NCBI GenBank assembly: GCA_039621445.1 | Contig: CP154954.1 | Location: 22,704,954-22,768,953, forward strand | Source: Euglena gracilis | Lineage: Eukaryota | Direction: 5' to 3' | Length of the DNA: 64,000 nt | Shown: one piece after another, positions 9,176 to 39,659 of the stretch | How the letters are laid out: each line of letters starts with the position of its first letter | Numbering within the stretch: position 1 is the first letter of the stretch | Made by a program: the position numbers and the translations under genes | The notes under the pieces: generated by a model | Seen by the model: the letters and a program-made list of their open reading frames with translations, nothing else | Told to the model about the DNA's origin: nothing | Databases searched by the model: none

Positions 9176-10607
9176 TAGATTTTTTACCCTACATTTGTCC
9201 TCCAGCCATTTTCTGAACAATTCTTACGATTCTTACAATCTTTCGAACGCCTTCTTAAGGACCCCTGGGGGGTGTCCCGTTGGCCGGCTGGCCAAAAAGT
9301 GCTGGCTGGACCCCCCCCCCTGGGGCTGGGGGTCCAGCCAGGGATGTATGGGAAGCCTTGAGGGAGGGGGTCCGGACCTCCCTCCCAACAGGGGGGTGGG
9401 GTTGGACCCCCCCCCCTCCTACCTCGAAGCCGAAGGGGCTGGGAAAATTTTCAGTTTTGTGGACCGGTAAAAGCCCAGAGACCAAGCCAAAGTTGGTCAA
9501 AAAATCCCTGATTTTTCATTGAAAATGAATCCAAAAAAACATTTTTGGCCATTTTTTGAACCCATTTTCAAAGTTTTTTGGTGCTTTTGTGCCGATTTTT
9601 TTTGGTCCATCCTGGCTTTGCCAGGCTGGACCCAACTTTGTTTCAGCAAACCCGGGGGGGGGGTCCGCAGCCCCGCTAGGAGGTGTTGGCTGGAAATAAA
9701 ATGCTGACTGGCTGGACCCCCCTCCCTCCCTGGGGTCCCCTCCGGCTTAAGAAAACCCTTGCAGGGGGGGATATGCAAAAAAGTCACAAAATATGCAATG
9801 CAAAAAATGAAAAAAAAAATGCAAGAAAGTGCAAACAATGCAAAAAAAATGCAAGAAACAGTGCCTTGCACATTATTCACAATTTCCAGAAAACCCAAAA
9901 ATGCGGCAACCAGTTGGTTTAACCAGTTGAATGCACTTATGCAACACTGTTAATATGAAATCGGTCCAAAAATGTGCTGTACAACTTCCAGTTGTCTGGT
10001 GATACAGCAAGCGCCTGCCCGATTGCCCGGGGAAAAAAAGAAAAACATGTAAAAAAAAAGCAAAAAAACTGTTTCAAAATTTTTCATTAAGTAAAGAATG
10101 CAAATCTTCAACACGTTGGATTACGCAAAAAAAGAAAAATGTGAAACTTGCATTGTTCCCTCCTTCTGAATTGGGGGGAGTATGGTGGGCGAAATCAGAC
10201 CCCCTGGGGACTCCATGCTTGTGGGGGGGATTATGTTTGTGGGTTTATTTGGGTTTGGGTTTGCATTTGCTTTTCTGCGCCGTGATGTGTGTGTACAATC
10301 ACAATTGAGAAAAAAACCTCATCCAAAAATTATTACCACCTGAGCTGCTTTCGACATGCATTTTCTTGCAGATTGGACTTCCACGCATCTTCCCGAAGCC
10401 CACTGAGACGTTGCCCGAGGTTGACAATAAACTTGAGATTGGGATGATGAAAAAGAAGGATCCCAAAAGAGGCCATTATTGAACTGATTTCGATCCCATT
10501 TCGTCCGAGGATTGCAATGTGCAACATCGCCCTCCTCATACCCCACAGATGGGTTAAATCTCACCAATGCTTCTGGGTATCAAGCCACTCATAAATCCCA
10601 AACTCAC

Positions 10608-21001
<10,394 letters not shown>

Positions 21002-21443
21002 CTGGAACGGTAAGAAAATGGGGGCACAGGGGAAGGGGTTGTGTCGAAAGATTTGGAGCTCTTGTTTCTGCAGACAATCCCCGTCCTCCCAATTCCCCAC
21101 AAGACCGACATGTGCATTCGTTTTACTGTATGAACAAATGGCTTTAAATATCCTTGGGCGCAAAGAACAGCCGCAGAGCTTTTTGATGCTTGCCAAAATG
21201 TGGTGCCATCAACTTGAATGGAAATACACCATCTGACAGGTTGTTCTGTGACAGTACTTTTTTTCACCCCTCATCATCCCATGCGTTGGGGAGGGGGCTT
21301 TCCCCCTCCATAGAGCGCTGACCCTCCTGCTTCGTTGGGCTCAGCAGCTCCCCGGGTCGCCAGCAGTTGGGGAGCGCAGCAGGAAGTGACAGACGGACTG
21401 GACACTGCAGAAATGCCAAAAAACAGTAAAATGCAGGTCACAT

Positions 21444-21815
<372 letters not shown>

Positions 21816-22198
21816 GAGAGACGCATGCACGCACTCCCCACACCACCCACTCATCCATCCAACCCCCACCCACCGGGGGGGGGGGGTAATGCAACATGGA
21901 CCCTCGAAAAAGCACCGCAAACGCAAAAAAACAACAACACATTTTGCCTTCAACAGCTCCCCCATATCCCTCTAGAATCTTTTTCACCTCCTCAGGACCT
22001 AATTTGTCCTTCCAAAAGTACAAAAAATCCACATGAAATCCACATTAATTGGGAATTTGCAACCCAATTAGGAACCAAACTTCCTAATTGGACCTATTTT
22101 CGGGTGCAAATTCCTCTGCCTCACGCAGCAGTGCCCCAGCCAGCTCTGCTACAGTGCGCCATGGACATGGTGGATATTTTCATCAGAGCCCCCCCCCC

Positions 22199-22735
22199 CA
22201 GGGATGGATGGGAAGCCCTTCGGTATTGAGGTAGGTGGTAGGGGGGGGTCCCGACCACCCCCCCCCCCTGGGGGGGTAAGGTGGTAGGGGGGGGGGTCCG
22301 GACCACCCCCCCCCCCCCTAGATGTTGGGAGGGGGGGTCCGGACCCCCCACCCCCCCCTCCTTGACAGGTGCCAAAAATAGCAGAAAATTTTCTTCCGGC
22401 GCTGCGCGCCGGAAAATGAGCAAAAAACACCCCTTTTGCTGACTTTTGGCCATATTGCCCATTTTTTGATGTGTTGGTGTTTTCCCCCAAAAACATGTTC
22501 AAAAAATTCAAAAAATGAGCATTTTTGGATCGATTTTCAAAGAAAAATCAGGTGTTTTTGACCGATTCCGACCCGATTTCCGGCCCTTTGCCCGTCCATG
22601 AAATCGAAAAAATTTCGGCCCCCCCTCAGTTTCGAGGTAGGAGGGGGGGGGTCCGACCCCCCCCCCCCCCCTCCGTGTCGGGAGGGGGGGGGTCCGACCC
22701 TCCCCCCCCCCCTCAAGGCTTCCCATCCATCCCTG
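22199..22735. mobile_element. hAT-like MITE, 19-bp TIR CAGGGATGGATGGGAAGCC
   Basis: Perfect TIR, inserted in a C run (C8 on both sides, compatible with an 8-bp TSD); a related end is at 9339. Confidence 0.85.
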
Positions 22736-23995
22736 CCCCCCCCCATGTAGTCGCCAACCCCAGCTTACAGGGAGGTGAGATGGTCCATACTGGGGTGGGG
22801 TGGGTGGCCTTAGACGATGGCAACCTGCCAATGCAGGCTGGGAGGGCAGTGACAGGTCAAAGTGGCCATTTTGGGCCAAAAATGGCCAAAATGGCCTAAA
22901 ATTGCCCAAATGGCCACCGGGGTCGGGGTTAAAATATTTCAGCCCGGGACTTTGTGCTTTGCCTCCGGGCGATCACCCAGACCACGCCACTGTTTAGGTG
23001 GGGTGTCCCCCCCTTCCTGGACCGGAGGGGGGAGTGCATGTTGATTTGACCAGTTGTTCAGTCGGTCGACTCAGCAGTCTTATGTGTGTCGGGGAGGATT
23101 TGGGTTGGTGGACAAATTGGCCCTTTTTAGTCTTTTCCGACTTTCAAATACACCACAATGCGTCCAAATGGCATCAGTGTCGGAAATACAGCAAAATGAT
23201 GTATTGTAAATGAGGATCCCCGGACCAAGCACCTTTGATGATGCTCGGCAATGCTGAGTGATACTAGCTGATGCTGGGTGATGCGGGCATTTTTTTGCAC
23301 ACCTTGAAGACTTAAACCCACTTTTAGGAGTAATAAGCAATCATTTTCCCACAAATTTCATGCTATACCAATTTTGGCAATTTTGACTTTATTTTTGTTA
23401 ATTTGTGGGCATTTTGTGATGATTTGGGCAAATTTTGGGCTAATTTGGGTGAATATGAGCAAGTTTATGGCATTTTTGGCCTTTTGGATGCTATTTTGGT
23501 TATTTTTGGCATTTTCCCCCCCATTCCTTTTTAGTCATTTTGCGGATATTTTAGGTAATTTCAAGCCGTTTTAGGTGGTCTATTTTCTTGGACTTTTTAT
23601 GATCATTTTTTTGGGCTTTTGTGGTCATTTTGGCTATGGAGTGGATGCAGATGCCGGACAAGGTGCAACCGATGCAGATACTAAATGTAGTGGATGTAGA
23701 CACTGATGCAGTTACTGGAGTGGATGCAGAGACTGGACAAGATGCAGTAAACACAGAGACTGGAGAGGAAATGGGCCCAAGGCAGTAAAAGTGGCGAGAA
23801 ACAATGAGAAGCAATCAAAAGCATACCTAGTAGCAGCCGCCAGCCAAAGATCCGGTGAAATTGGGGAAAAGTAGCCAAAAGTAGCCAAAAGTGGCCAAGA
23901 GTGACCAAAAGTCACAAGCAAGTGAATGACTAAACTTGGATAGAAGCAGCGGATGGGGACAAATATTGCTTTCTTCTTCTTAACCTTTTTTGCAG

Positions 23996-30080
<6,085 letters not shown>

Positions 30081-30190
30081 GCGGGGCTGAGTGCAATCCA
30101 TCTCCCCATTTCAACAACAGCTTTAAACTGCTTGAGAATTTCATCGGTGGGTTTGTTGTTATTTTTCAGTCTCTCACTGTGTATTGGGCC

Positions 30191-30414
30191 CAGGGTTGCA
30201 TGGGAATACCCGCAACCCTGTGGGTGGTGGGTGTGGGGTCGACCCCCCCCCCCATCCTGGTGGTAGGTAAGGGTCCCTAACCAGGCCTTCCCGTATTTCT
30301 GGGGATGCCAAAATTCCTTTGGCGCCAAAGGCGGCGCCGAAGGAATTTTCTTTGGTGGGTGCCATGGTGGGTGGGGGGGTCCAACCCCCCCACCAGGCCT
30401 TCCTTGCAGCCCTG
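30191..30414. mobile_element. hAT-like MITE, TIR CAGGG(T/C)TGCA, degenerate 8-bp TSD
   Basis: Flanks ATTGGGCC / ATCAGGCC (6/8). Confidence 0.7.
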
Positions 30415-30423
30415 ATCAGGCCT

Positions 30424-30838
<415 letters not shown>

Positions 30839-31937
30839 CTGAAAAGTTGTTGTGTCGATGTGGTCCCCCCCATCTCATTGGCACCCTGTACGAACCGGCA
30901 CCTATTTGGCGGTTTCCCCAAAAAATCACCAGTAATCACGAGCAATCATGGATGTCCATGAGCAACCACGAACGAGACCTTTGCCCCGTTGGTGAATGCT
31001 TTCCTCCAAACATGGCCTTTTTAGCAAGGATTGCCACCCCGCTGAGGGAATGAGAAAGAGAAAGAGGCGAAAATTTTCTCCTCAGTATTCGCAGGGGGGA
31101 GAATGCGATGCAAACTCATAAAACTCAACTCAACTCAAAAAATTCGACGCAAAGAAAAACACGCAAACAAACACACAAAAAAAACACAAAAAAGAACGCA
31201 AATTGCATATGAAATTCTTTAGGATCTTCCCTAGGGATGTGCACTCATTCACTGGAGAAGACTTAGAAAAATTTTCGGCTCTGCTGGGGAATTTTTTCAG
31301 TTTGCATAAAAATAAGCATTTTGTTGACCAAAAATGTGGAAAAAATGACATGAAATTTACAAACCTTTAGGTCTCGGGGGAAAATCGGGGCCAAAAGGAT
31401 GAAATTTTAATTGTCAAAAAAGTTAACCACCAGGCTTTTGAAACCAACATCACCTGGACCGATGAGCCGTGGGGAGGGGACTTGAAATGAGTCACAAATA
31501 TAGTTGATTCCACGATGGCAGTAACAAATAACAAATAACCCCCCCCCCCCCCCGAGGACCGACTTCGGCCGCCCAAATAATAAACCCCCCTCCGACAGGT
31601 GTGAAGGCAAAGGAAAACAAGAGTCAAAATAAGCTGAAATGTTGCAAGCATCACCAAAACGGATACAATTGGTGCAGAAAATATGCCAAAAAAGCACCCA
31701 TTTTTCAAAAGCCCCAAAATGCCAAAAAAGTGACCATTGGAACCTGTGGAGGTGGTTTTGGGTCGATTTTTTGACTTCGAGATTTGCCCAAATAATAAAC
31801 CCCTCCAAATAATAAACCCCCCTGGACCCCAAATTCGAGTGCACAAATAATTGGCAGGGGGATTATTTTGGGGGGTTTAGAATGCGGCATAAAACAGTGA
31901 ATTTTTTTTGAGTTTTTTTTTTTATGGCTGCTGTTGG

Positions 31938-34900
31938 ATGCCAATTGCTGGTGGTGATCAGTGGCAGAATGGTGAGCCATATCAGCGGCATTTGGCTTCT
32001 GACTTCGGTCTAATGTGGGAAGTTCATCGCCTTGCCATCGCCCCTCGAAGGTTCACGGTGATGTTCCTGGCCTACAGTGGGGGGCTGTCCAACGCAGTGG
32101 CCAGTCCTCTGCCGAAGCACCCCCCTGAACACGGTACCCCGCTTTAAGGGGAGCACTGCACACAACAGCTCTGGGGGGGGGGGCTGTTCCGGAATCCTGG
32201 TGGGAGACATTTTTTTCCAGTCAGCTTTCTTGTGTTTCCCAAAAAAATTTCTTCAGAGTGTATTGTAGCCCAGCCTGAATGGAAAGTGTGGTCTGGTCTG
32301 AGGCCACCAGCGCCCTTGTTTCTGCCAGCAGCAGCCAGTGCCATCCTGCACTGGCTGTTGCCCCCCCCCCCCATGACCCGGGAATGTCCAGAGCCCTGGA
32401 AGGAACCTACTCGCTGGTGCAGCCGCTCGAGGTGATCAAGACCCGGATGCAGTCATCCAAACGAAACCTGATTGAGATCAGGCTCTCCTTTTTTCGGATG
32501 TTCACATCACCAGATTTTTTCCCATGTGCTCAGTTTTTATTGCAGACCTTTTTTTTTTGAATCCAACCAAATGGCTAAAAAGGAAACACGTTTTTTGTCC
32601 ACCAAATCTTATTCGGTTATGTAATCGAGTGCCCACACCCTGTCTGTTTTGGTGATCATTTCTGGAAACAAACTGGTTGTAAAATTTTCCGTGCGAGAAC
32701 CAGGAACTGAGGACAGGGGCTTCGACCAGATTAATGATTGTGACATATTTAATTATTGTCATTACTAGGGTGAGTTGTGCTTCAAAAATAAATAACTTCT
32801 TAAACTCAACTTTGTATGGCATTCCAATGCTCTCTTGTACAAAGAGCCTTGCTGAGACCGTTCAGGACATTGTGGATCATGCGGGCTGGCGGGGATTGAC
32901 GTTGGGCACAGGGGCCACAAGTGTAGGGATGTTCATGTACGGGTGTGCGACCTTCCTGTGTGCTGCCGAACACTGCTCTCCTGGAGGGGTTTGACTTTTT
33001 TTTATTCGTGAAGCCTCTCGGGAAACTATTCCTGATGAAACTTAATCGTATTTGTCAATTTTGGCTTTTTTTCAATGCACTTTTCACTCTTCTGACGTTG
33101 CAAAGGTTGACGTCCTCAAATTCTTTGCATTATTCACCCCACCAGAAAAAATGCTGGGATCCCACCCCAAAGAGGGAGTTTCAAGAAAAAAGTATCTTGA
33201 ACTCAAGCACAAATTTGAAACAGCCAGGAAGCATGTCATTCCCCGGGTACACATGTTTGCTAGGTCTCAAGGTGGCCTGAGCATCATGGCCTGCCTCACT
33301 TCTGTTTTGCCTTTTGTCTCAGGTTTGTGATTTTCCCCATGTTTGAGCTGGGGAAGCTATACCTCTCCGGCACCCTTGGAGAAGATGTTATTGCGAGCTA
33401 TCGCCTCCCTTCTGTGCTGCTCAGCGTTGCCTGCTGTTTTTTTCTGAGTCAGGGCGGATCAGCTGGAGAAGGGTTTGCCAGGAGATTGGAGGAATGTGGG
33501 AAACCTTATTTGTGCACAATGTGGAGGAAAACCAGATAACACTCTTGAAAATCTCTGGAGGTGACCTTGGTCTCATAAAATACAATCTTAATCCAATTGA
33601 AAGCGACAAGTCCCCATTCTGGGACCATTCGATGCACATTTTGCAGTCTCGGAACAAAAAGAAACAATAAAATTGCTGTGCAGCTGTGGTTTCTGGAATT
33701 CCATTATTTGCAAAAGAAGCAAACAAGGCTTGCATCCACCCAACTTTAGAGGGGAATAGAATTGCCGTCGGCAGGCATAGCTGCTCACGTTCATCAGCAT
33801 CATCTGCACTCTTGTTTGTCTCCTTCTTCTTGGTTCCGTTTGAGACAGCAAAAATACGGATGATATCGGACCCTGAGAAGTATGTGCAGCGACCTTCACA
33901 GCAGGACCCCTCCCTCCGGAAGCTGCCCTGAGCAGTGGCTGGCAATGTTCTGACTACATGTGTTTGCTCTCTGAAGTGGCAACAGTACGTCTTGAACCTT
34001 TTTTTTTTTGTGCTGAGCCCCTTTCCAAAGAGCATAGGGCAAGGTTTAATACACATTTTTTTCTGCCCAAATTTCCCCCTTTGCAAACAAAGGTCTTTCC
34101 TAGCCCACAACATCAAGGGTGTCGATCATACCATTGCTTAACACCTTTCCCACCCCACCCCCCGGGGGGGTGTGACTGGTTTTTTCAGAGTGACTGACTG
34201 GTTTTCTGGCCAAGAGCCCCCCCCCCCCATGGGGGTGGGGTAGGCCCGAAAATGAAGAGGTGGCTGGCCTGGCGCCGAAGGCGCCGGAATTTTCTTTGAA
34301 ATTTTTGAGACTTTTTGGCAATATTGCCTTGCCAGCATGAGCGCATTAAAGAGTGGCCGATGCCCCCCGGGGGGGGGTAAAGTGACTGACTGGTTTTTTG
34401 GGGGAAAAGTTATTGACTGATTTTTTTCAGGGTGGAAAGTGACCCCCCCTCCCCCCCCCCCCCAGGGGTCGCTAAGCAATGGCATGGTGTCGATGGGTGT
34501 GGCCCCTTTTCCTCCAGCATCAAACCAAAAAGCCATCAAATGAGCCCAAATGAGCCCACAAAGTATCTCTGTTCTCAACGCCACACCAAAGTGGCTAGTT
34601 GTGGAAGGCTAGCCCTGTGGTCGTTGTGCGAAGTGCGTGCTTTCCTGCATTGCGACCACACTTGTCAGCTTCCGACCCCGTTCTGCTGCAGGACATCGGC
34701 TCCCGCACATGTCCTGCTTTGTGTGCATGTATTTCTCAGCGTGCAGACACACATTCGGCCTGAGCTGAAAGTGCCTGTCTCCAGAGACGCCTTCCTGGCG
34801 CTGGCAGAGGGTTTTGTCCCGGGACATCTTTAGGCTGCTTCGACAATTTCGGGGGCATTTTTGCAAGCCTGGCTGCTTTTCCAGCCCCAAATCTCTTGGC

Positions 34901-37900
34901 ACGACTCAGCACGACGCGACAGGCTGCACGAGGGGTAGGACATGCCTCCAGGACGGCGCAGCAAGTCTCAGTGCTCCGTTCCCCACAAAGCCTGAGATGC
35001 TGAGCCTGTTTGGGGTGTTCCACCGGATCCGACAGACAGAGGCTGAGGGCTGCTTGTATTGCAAGTCTCTTCTGCCTGATTTCCAGGAGGGCATATTTTT
35101 GGACCTATGGGGCATTTGTGTCTGGACAAAGTTGGATGGAGGGCAGGGCATTCCTGCAAAATTTTCCCATCACATTTGGCCACCAATTTTATTTGGCGTT
35201 TCCTTCCCAAAAAATTTGCCATTTTCCCCGTCATCTTTTTCCACAATATGTCATTTAAGCCTTTCTGTGTTGGTGTGCACAAATGCGCACATGTTCAAAA
35301 TTTTGATTTCTTGGCCAGCATTTCCAGAACATTGAGCAAGTGGGATCACAACTGCAATTGTCTTTCCTGTTGTTTTTTCCCCCCAGCATTGAACTAATTC
35401 ATTGCTGCCATTGTTTGAACAAAGAAAGAACGTACCCCATGAAAAAAAGCTCTCCAGAACTCTGCCGCTTTCAACAGACCAAAACATGTGCATGCCGAAT
35501 GGAACCCTCTGTGATACAAATTTATGAAGTGAGGGTCGTGTTTTTGGATCTAGCAAGAAAAGTTTGGAGTAAGGTTTATAAATGGGAACAATGTGTGATG
35601 AAGAACAGTGGCTGTACCTTTGTTTATACCTCTGTTTATGGAGTCTCGTTTTCCTAAACAGTTCACGTGGGCACTTGGGCACACTGACCATTGTGGATGT
35701 TCAACAGAATACGTCGAATGACAGGAGAAAATATCCACTCATGTGCAAGTTTGTATGCCTTTATCCACCGATCTTTTTTGCGTCATAGGTTTTGAAGTTG
35801 CACGGGAGGAATTGATGACGATGACGTTTAAACCCTGCAAACCTTTGACATTTTCTTTCAGAATAATGTGCTCTTGTCCGGGATCCTTTTACCATTTTTT
35901 CCACCGGGTTGTTTCGTTTTTGTCCCCAGAAAACTGGAGTTGCACACCCAAAGTAGCCGTCGCAGGTGGTCGTTGGGGCGGTATACGATGTGTAATGTCT
36001 TAAACGTTGCTTTCGTGGTTGGTTTGCACAAATCTGACGATGTTCGCCTGTGCACAAGTGAGTGGTTTTGCGCCAAATGCGCACACCAACGACGTGCGCA
36101 TTTGTGCAAACCAACCACTTTTTTACATCCTCGACACACTGGTCTTTGACACAGACCAGACCGTTGATTGATTATCTCGGCGTTCTTCACCACCAGAAGT
36201 TCATTCTTTCCCTACGTGTGGCCCTCCGGGTGGCTGGGCATCCTTGTGGAGCGGCTACCCCGTCCTGTGCCTCCGCAACATCATGGCCGGGGCCATGCTG
36301 CCGCGAGGCGGAGCACGCCCCCGCGGTCGTGTAACGTCGGCCGGTTCATGGTGTTCGACTGCTTCGACGACGCCGTCCTCTTCATAAATCCGGCGGCGCA
36401 GCAGCTGTTGGCAGAGCAAAGTCAGTACTCCGTGGCCAGTGTGCGATGTGCATTCACGAATTTCATGCGATCTGGTCGATGCGATCTGGTGGATGTGGTG
36501 TGGTGGATGCGCTCAGAAATTTGACATGCGCCATTTGTGTCAAATACTTTTATAATATTTCCATTCTGTTGTGCCTAAAATGCCAATTTTTTTTGTGTGG
36601 ATTTAATCACCTGTGTGTTGAAATGAATGCGATGAGAATAGCGTGCACAGGATATTTCTGCTCAAAAAAACCTCTGAACTTTTTTTTTTTGCTGTTTTCA
36701 ATAACAGCTTCAACAATTGTTGTGCATTATCCTGCCTGTTCTGTACTACGTTGGGGGTCCACTGGGGTTGTTCTGAATGATGGTCGTGGGTGGATGGGTT
36801 CCCGAAAAAGGGGTGGGTGGTTTTGGGTCCCGGGGAAAAGCCCACCAGGGGCGCCACTGTGAATCTGTGGGGAAGTGGGTGGTGTGACCAGGACTGACCC
36901 CCAAGAAGTGATTACGCCCTCCCAGAGGACCCTGTAGACAACCAGGTTGTAACGCTGAGGATGAATTTGGTGGTGCCGGCATTCCATGTGCTTTTCGCAT
37001 TGTCTGGGCATTCCGCGCTGCCTTCGGCTGTTCTGTTAGGTAAAGGAGCTGCCAACGGCATGGTGTCACTCAAGCAGTCTTGAATGGTTGTGGTGCAGCG
37101 CAGCGTGGCCCGAGGCACAGTGTGATGTACACTGTGATTTCCCCCAAAAGTCCAAATGTTTTGAGGCAGATTTCATAGCAAAGAGTTGCTTCTGTTCGGC
37201 TGTTTTTTAAAAAAAACTTTTGGCATTTTAACCATGTTCTTGCGACAATGTACTGGCATCACAAGATATTGCACACGTTCCCACTTGCGTGGTGCATTGT
37301 GTGCATGCTTGTGAAGTTTCTCAGGTATAAAGTCCCCCCCCCCCGATAAACAATCCCCAGGTTGTTCGCCACCCTCGCAGGGGGCTGGGCGAGCGCCACC
37401 GATCATTTGATTTGATTCTCCCTTTCTTTGTGTACTGACCCCCTTCCCCCCCGGCCTTGGGGCCACCAGTTTGTCAGTTGGGAGACCACTCCTTGCGTTG
37501 TGTTGTTTTCGGTGTGCTGCTGACCGTCGTTGGCTCTCATTAATGTGAACCTGCAACGGATTTTCTACATTTTCACATTTCCCACAACCTGCTGGCATCA
37601 CAGCCGCGATGGTCGGTGGTTGCTTCATGTGGTGTGGTGGGCGTTGATTCATTACATCTACGTCACCCCCCCCCCCCCCCCCCCCCAGGGCAGAACGGGA
37701 AGGCCTGGTGGGGGGGGGCGACCCCCCACCTTGGAGGTGGGGGGGGTGGACCCCCACCCACCACAGCATTTTCACAAGTTTTTTTAAACAAAATTTTCCC
37801 GGCGCAAAGGCGCCAGGAAAAAATTTTGGTGTCGAAAATTGGTGCTCCTGGAAATACGGGAGGAGGTGGTGGCCCACCACCACCCTGGCTGTTTGGCCGA

Positions 37901-39659
37901 TGGGTTGGGTTGGCCGTTGGGTGAGCCGTGGGTCAGTCCGACCCAGCCTTTCTTTTCAAGGTGGGTTTTGGATGGGTGGGTGGGTGGGTTGACCCCGGGG
38001 TCAACCCACCGGGGAGGGTTTGAGAAGAGTGGGTGGGTGAGTTTGGGTTGCCCCGCTGGGTGGCGGGGGCTGGCACCGGACTGTTACCCCATCGCTGGCA
38101 TGGCGGCGGCCGTCTTCTCCACCCCGGCGGACAGCGTACTGACGAAGGTGACCCGGGCAGGGCATTTGTTATCCAGATCCCCCCTCCCCCAGGGGGCGGC
38201 CGACCAGCCAGTACTTCTTCCCCCAGCCAGCAGCTCCCAGCCAGGCGGCGCCCCCTCCCCCCTGTCCCGGGGTTCAGTGGACTTGACGTTTTCGGAGGCT
38301 TGCGAGAATTTTATGGTTTTTATGAACCTAAACCCAACCGGACCTGGAGTGGATTTGGACTTTTTTTTGCCTGTTTCTGGGTTCCAGCAGGTGCAGCCCG
38401 GCCGCTGGTGGGACCCACCCCCCTGGCCCCTTCACCCCCTGGGGGGGGGGGGTCCAGCCAGCACCTTTTTCCAGCCAGCTGGAACTCCCCGGGAAAGAAA
38501 TCCGAAGAAATTCCCTGGATCTGGGGGCCCCGGCGCGGCCTCTCCATCCCGGAAGCGGCCCGGGAGGTGTACCGCGAGCAGGGCCTCCCAGGCTTCTTCC
38601 GGGGCGTCGTCCCCCGAGTGGCGGCCAGGGGCCTGTCCCATCTGCCGGGCAGGGCCATTTTGGTGCAGATCGGGGGTTTGCTTCCCTGATAGAGTTATCT
38701 CCCCCCCTCCATCAGGCTGGTCTTTAAGGCGGTGCCGACCCCACCCCGGGGGGAGGGTGCCTGTCTGGGCAGGCACTCCAAGGCACCCAGATCCGACCCC
38801 GGGGGGGGGGGGTAGGGCACATGGCCAAAAGTGCCGGGCACTCGGCCAAGACACCTCCGGTTCCAAAGGCGCCGGAAGCCAGGCACCGACCCGGGGGGGG
38901 GGGGCTGCCTGCCCAGACACTCCAGGGCACTCCGAGACCCCCACCCCCTGGGGTTGGTCAATGTCAGTCTGCCCTCCATGTTAGCACCCAGTGCCCAAGT
39001 TAGTGCTACACCTCTGAGCCTCCGACAGTCAAAGCCCGAAACAGCGTGTCCCTCAAAAAGCCATTTCACGCTGAACCAGGGCACAAATAAGCGTGCCCCC
39101 TACCCTGGGGGTCCGAAGCCACGGTCCAGAAACGTGCACATCCCGGGCACTTAAATGGGAATCACCTTTGTCTCTGATGCGGATAATAACCCTCTCCGTC
39201 TGCGCCGCCATCTTTGTCTCTGCACCTCGCAGTTTCACGATTGTCGATTCCGATTCCATTGCCATTCTCCATCCGACGTTCATTTGTTTTTCCATCTGCA
39301 TGTGTGTACATCAACATAAGACATGCATTCACACGTGTGGCTGCAAGTAAACCCCCTCCCAAATAACAAACCCCCTCAAATAACACCCCCCCCCCCAAAT
39401 AACACCCCCCTTGGGGGCCGATTTCGAGTGCCCAAATAACACCCCCTGTTTTCCTTTGGTTTTCCCTGTAAAAATAACCCCCCCAAATAACCCCCCCCCC
39501 CCATGGTGCCCCAGTTCGGGTGCCCAAATAACACACCGGGGGGAGTGTTATTTAGGGGGGTGTACTTTCCATTCCTCTCCTCCTTCCCAGCAGGCAGAGG
39601 CCCCTTCTCCATGGGCCATGCTGCTGAATGCGCCGCAGTTCTTCATCTATCAGGCCTGA
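31938..39659 (+). CDS. Mitochondrial carrier family protein, phosphate-carrier-like, multi-exon
   Basis: Three carrier repeats: GGLSNAVTYSLVQPLEVIKTRMQ...GWRGLTLG; LVPFETAKIRMISDP...EGWASLWSGYPVLCLRNIMCNVGRF; AVFSTPADSVLTKV...GLPGFFRGVVPRVAWAMLLNAPQFFIY. The P-A-D third repeat is typical of phosphate carriers. Start codon uncertain. Confidence 0.9.
38158..38517. mobile_element. MITE-like element forming almost all of nonconventional intron 38155-38522
   Basis: TIR CAGGGCATTTGTT / AAGAAATTCCCTG; flanks GACCCGGG / GATCTGGG (6/8); the internal CCAGCCAGCACCTTTTT motif is dispersed through the window. Confidence 0.8.
39350..39562. mobile_element. TA-flanked MITE (Tc1/mariner-type TSD)
   Basis: TA|A...CCCCC..AAATAAC at left and GTTATTT.GGGGGGTG|TA at right, with internal AAATAAC repeats. 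Confidence 0.6.

Noticed and set aside
10340-10470. LKFIVNLGQRL... block as the next Pol lambda exon
   Set aside because: Has a plausible donor but no convincing similarity or acceptor.
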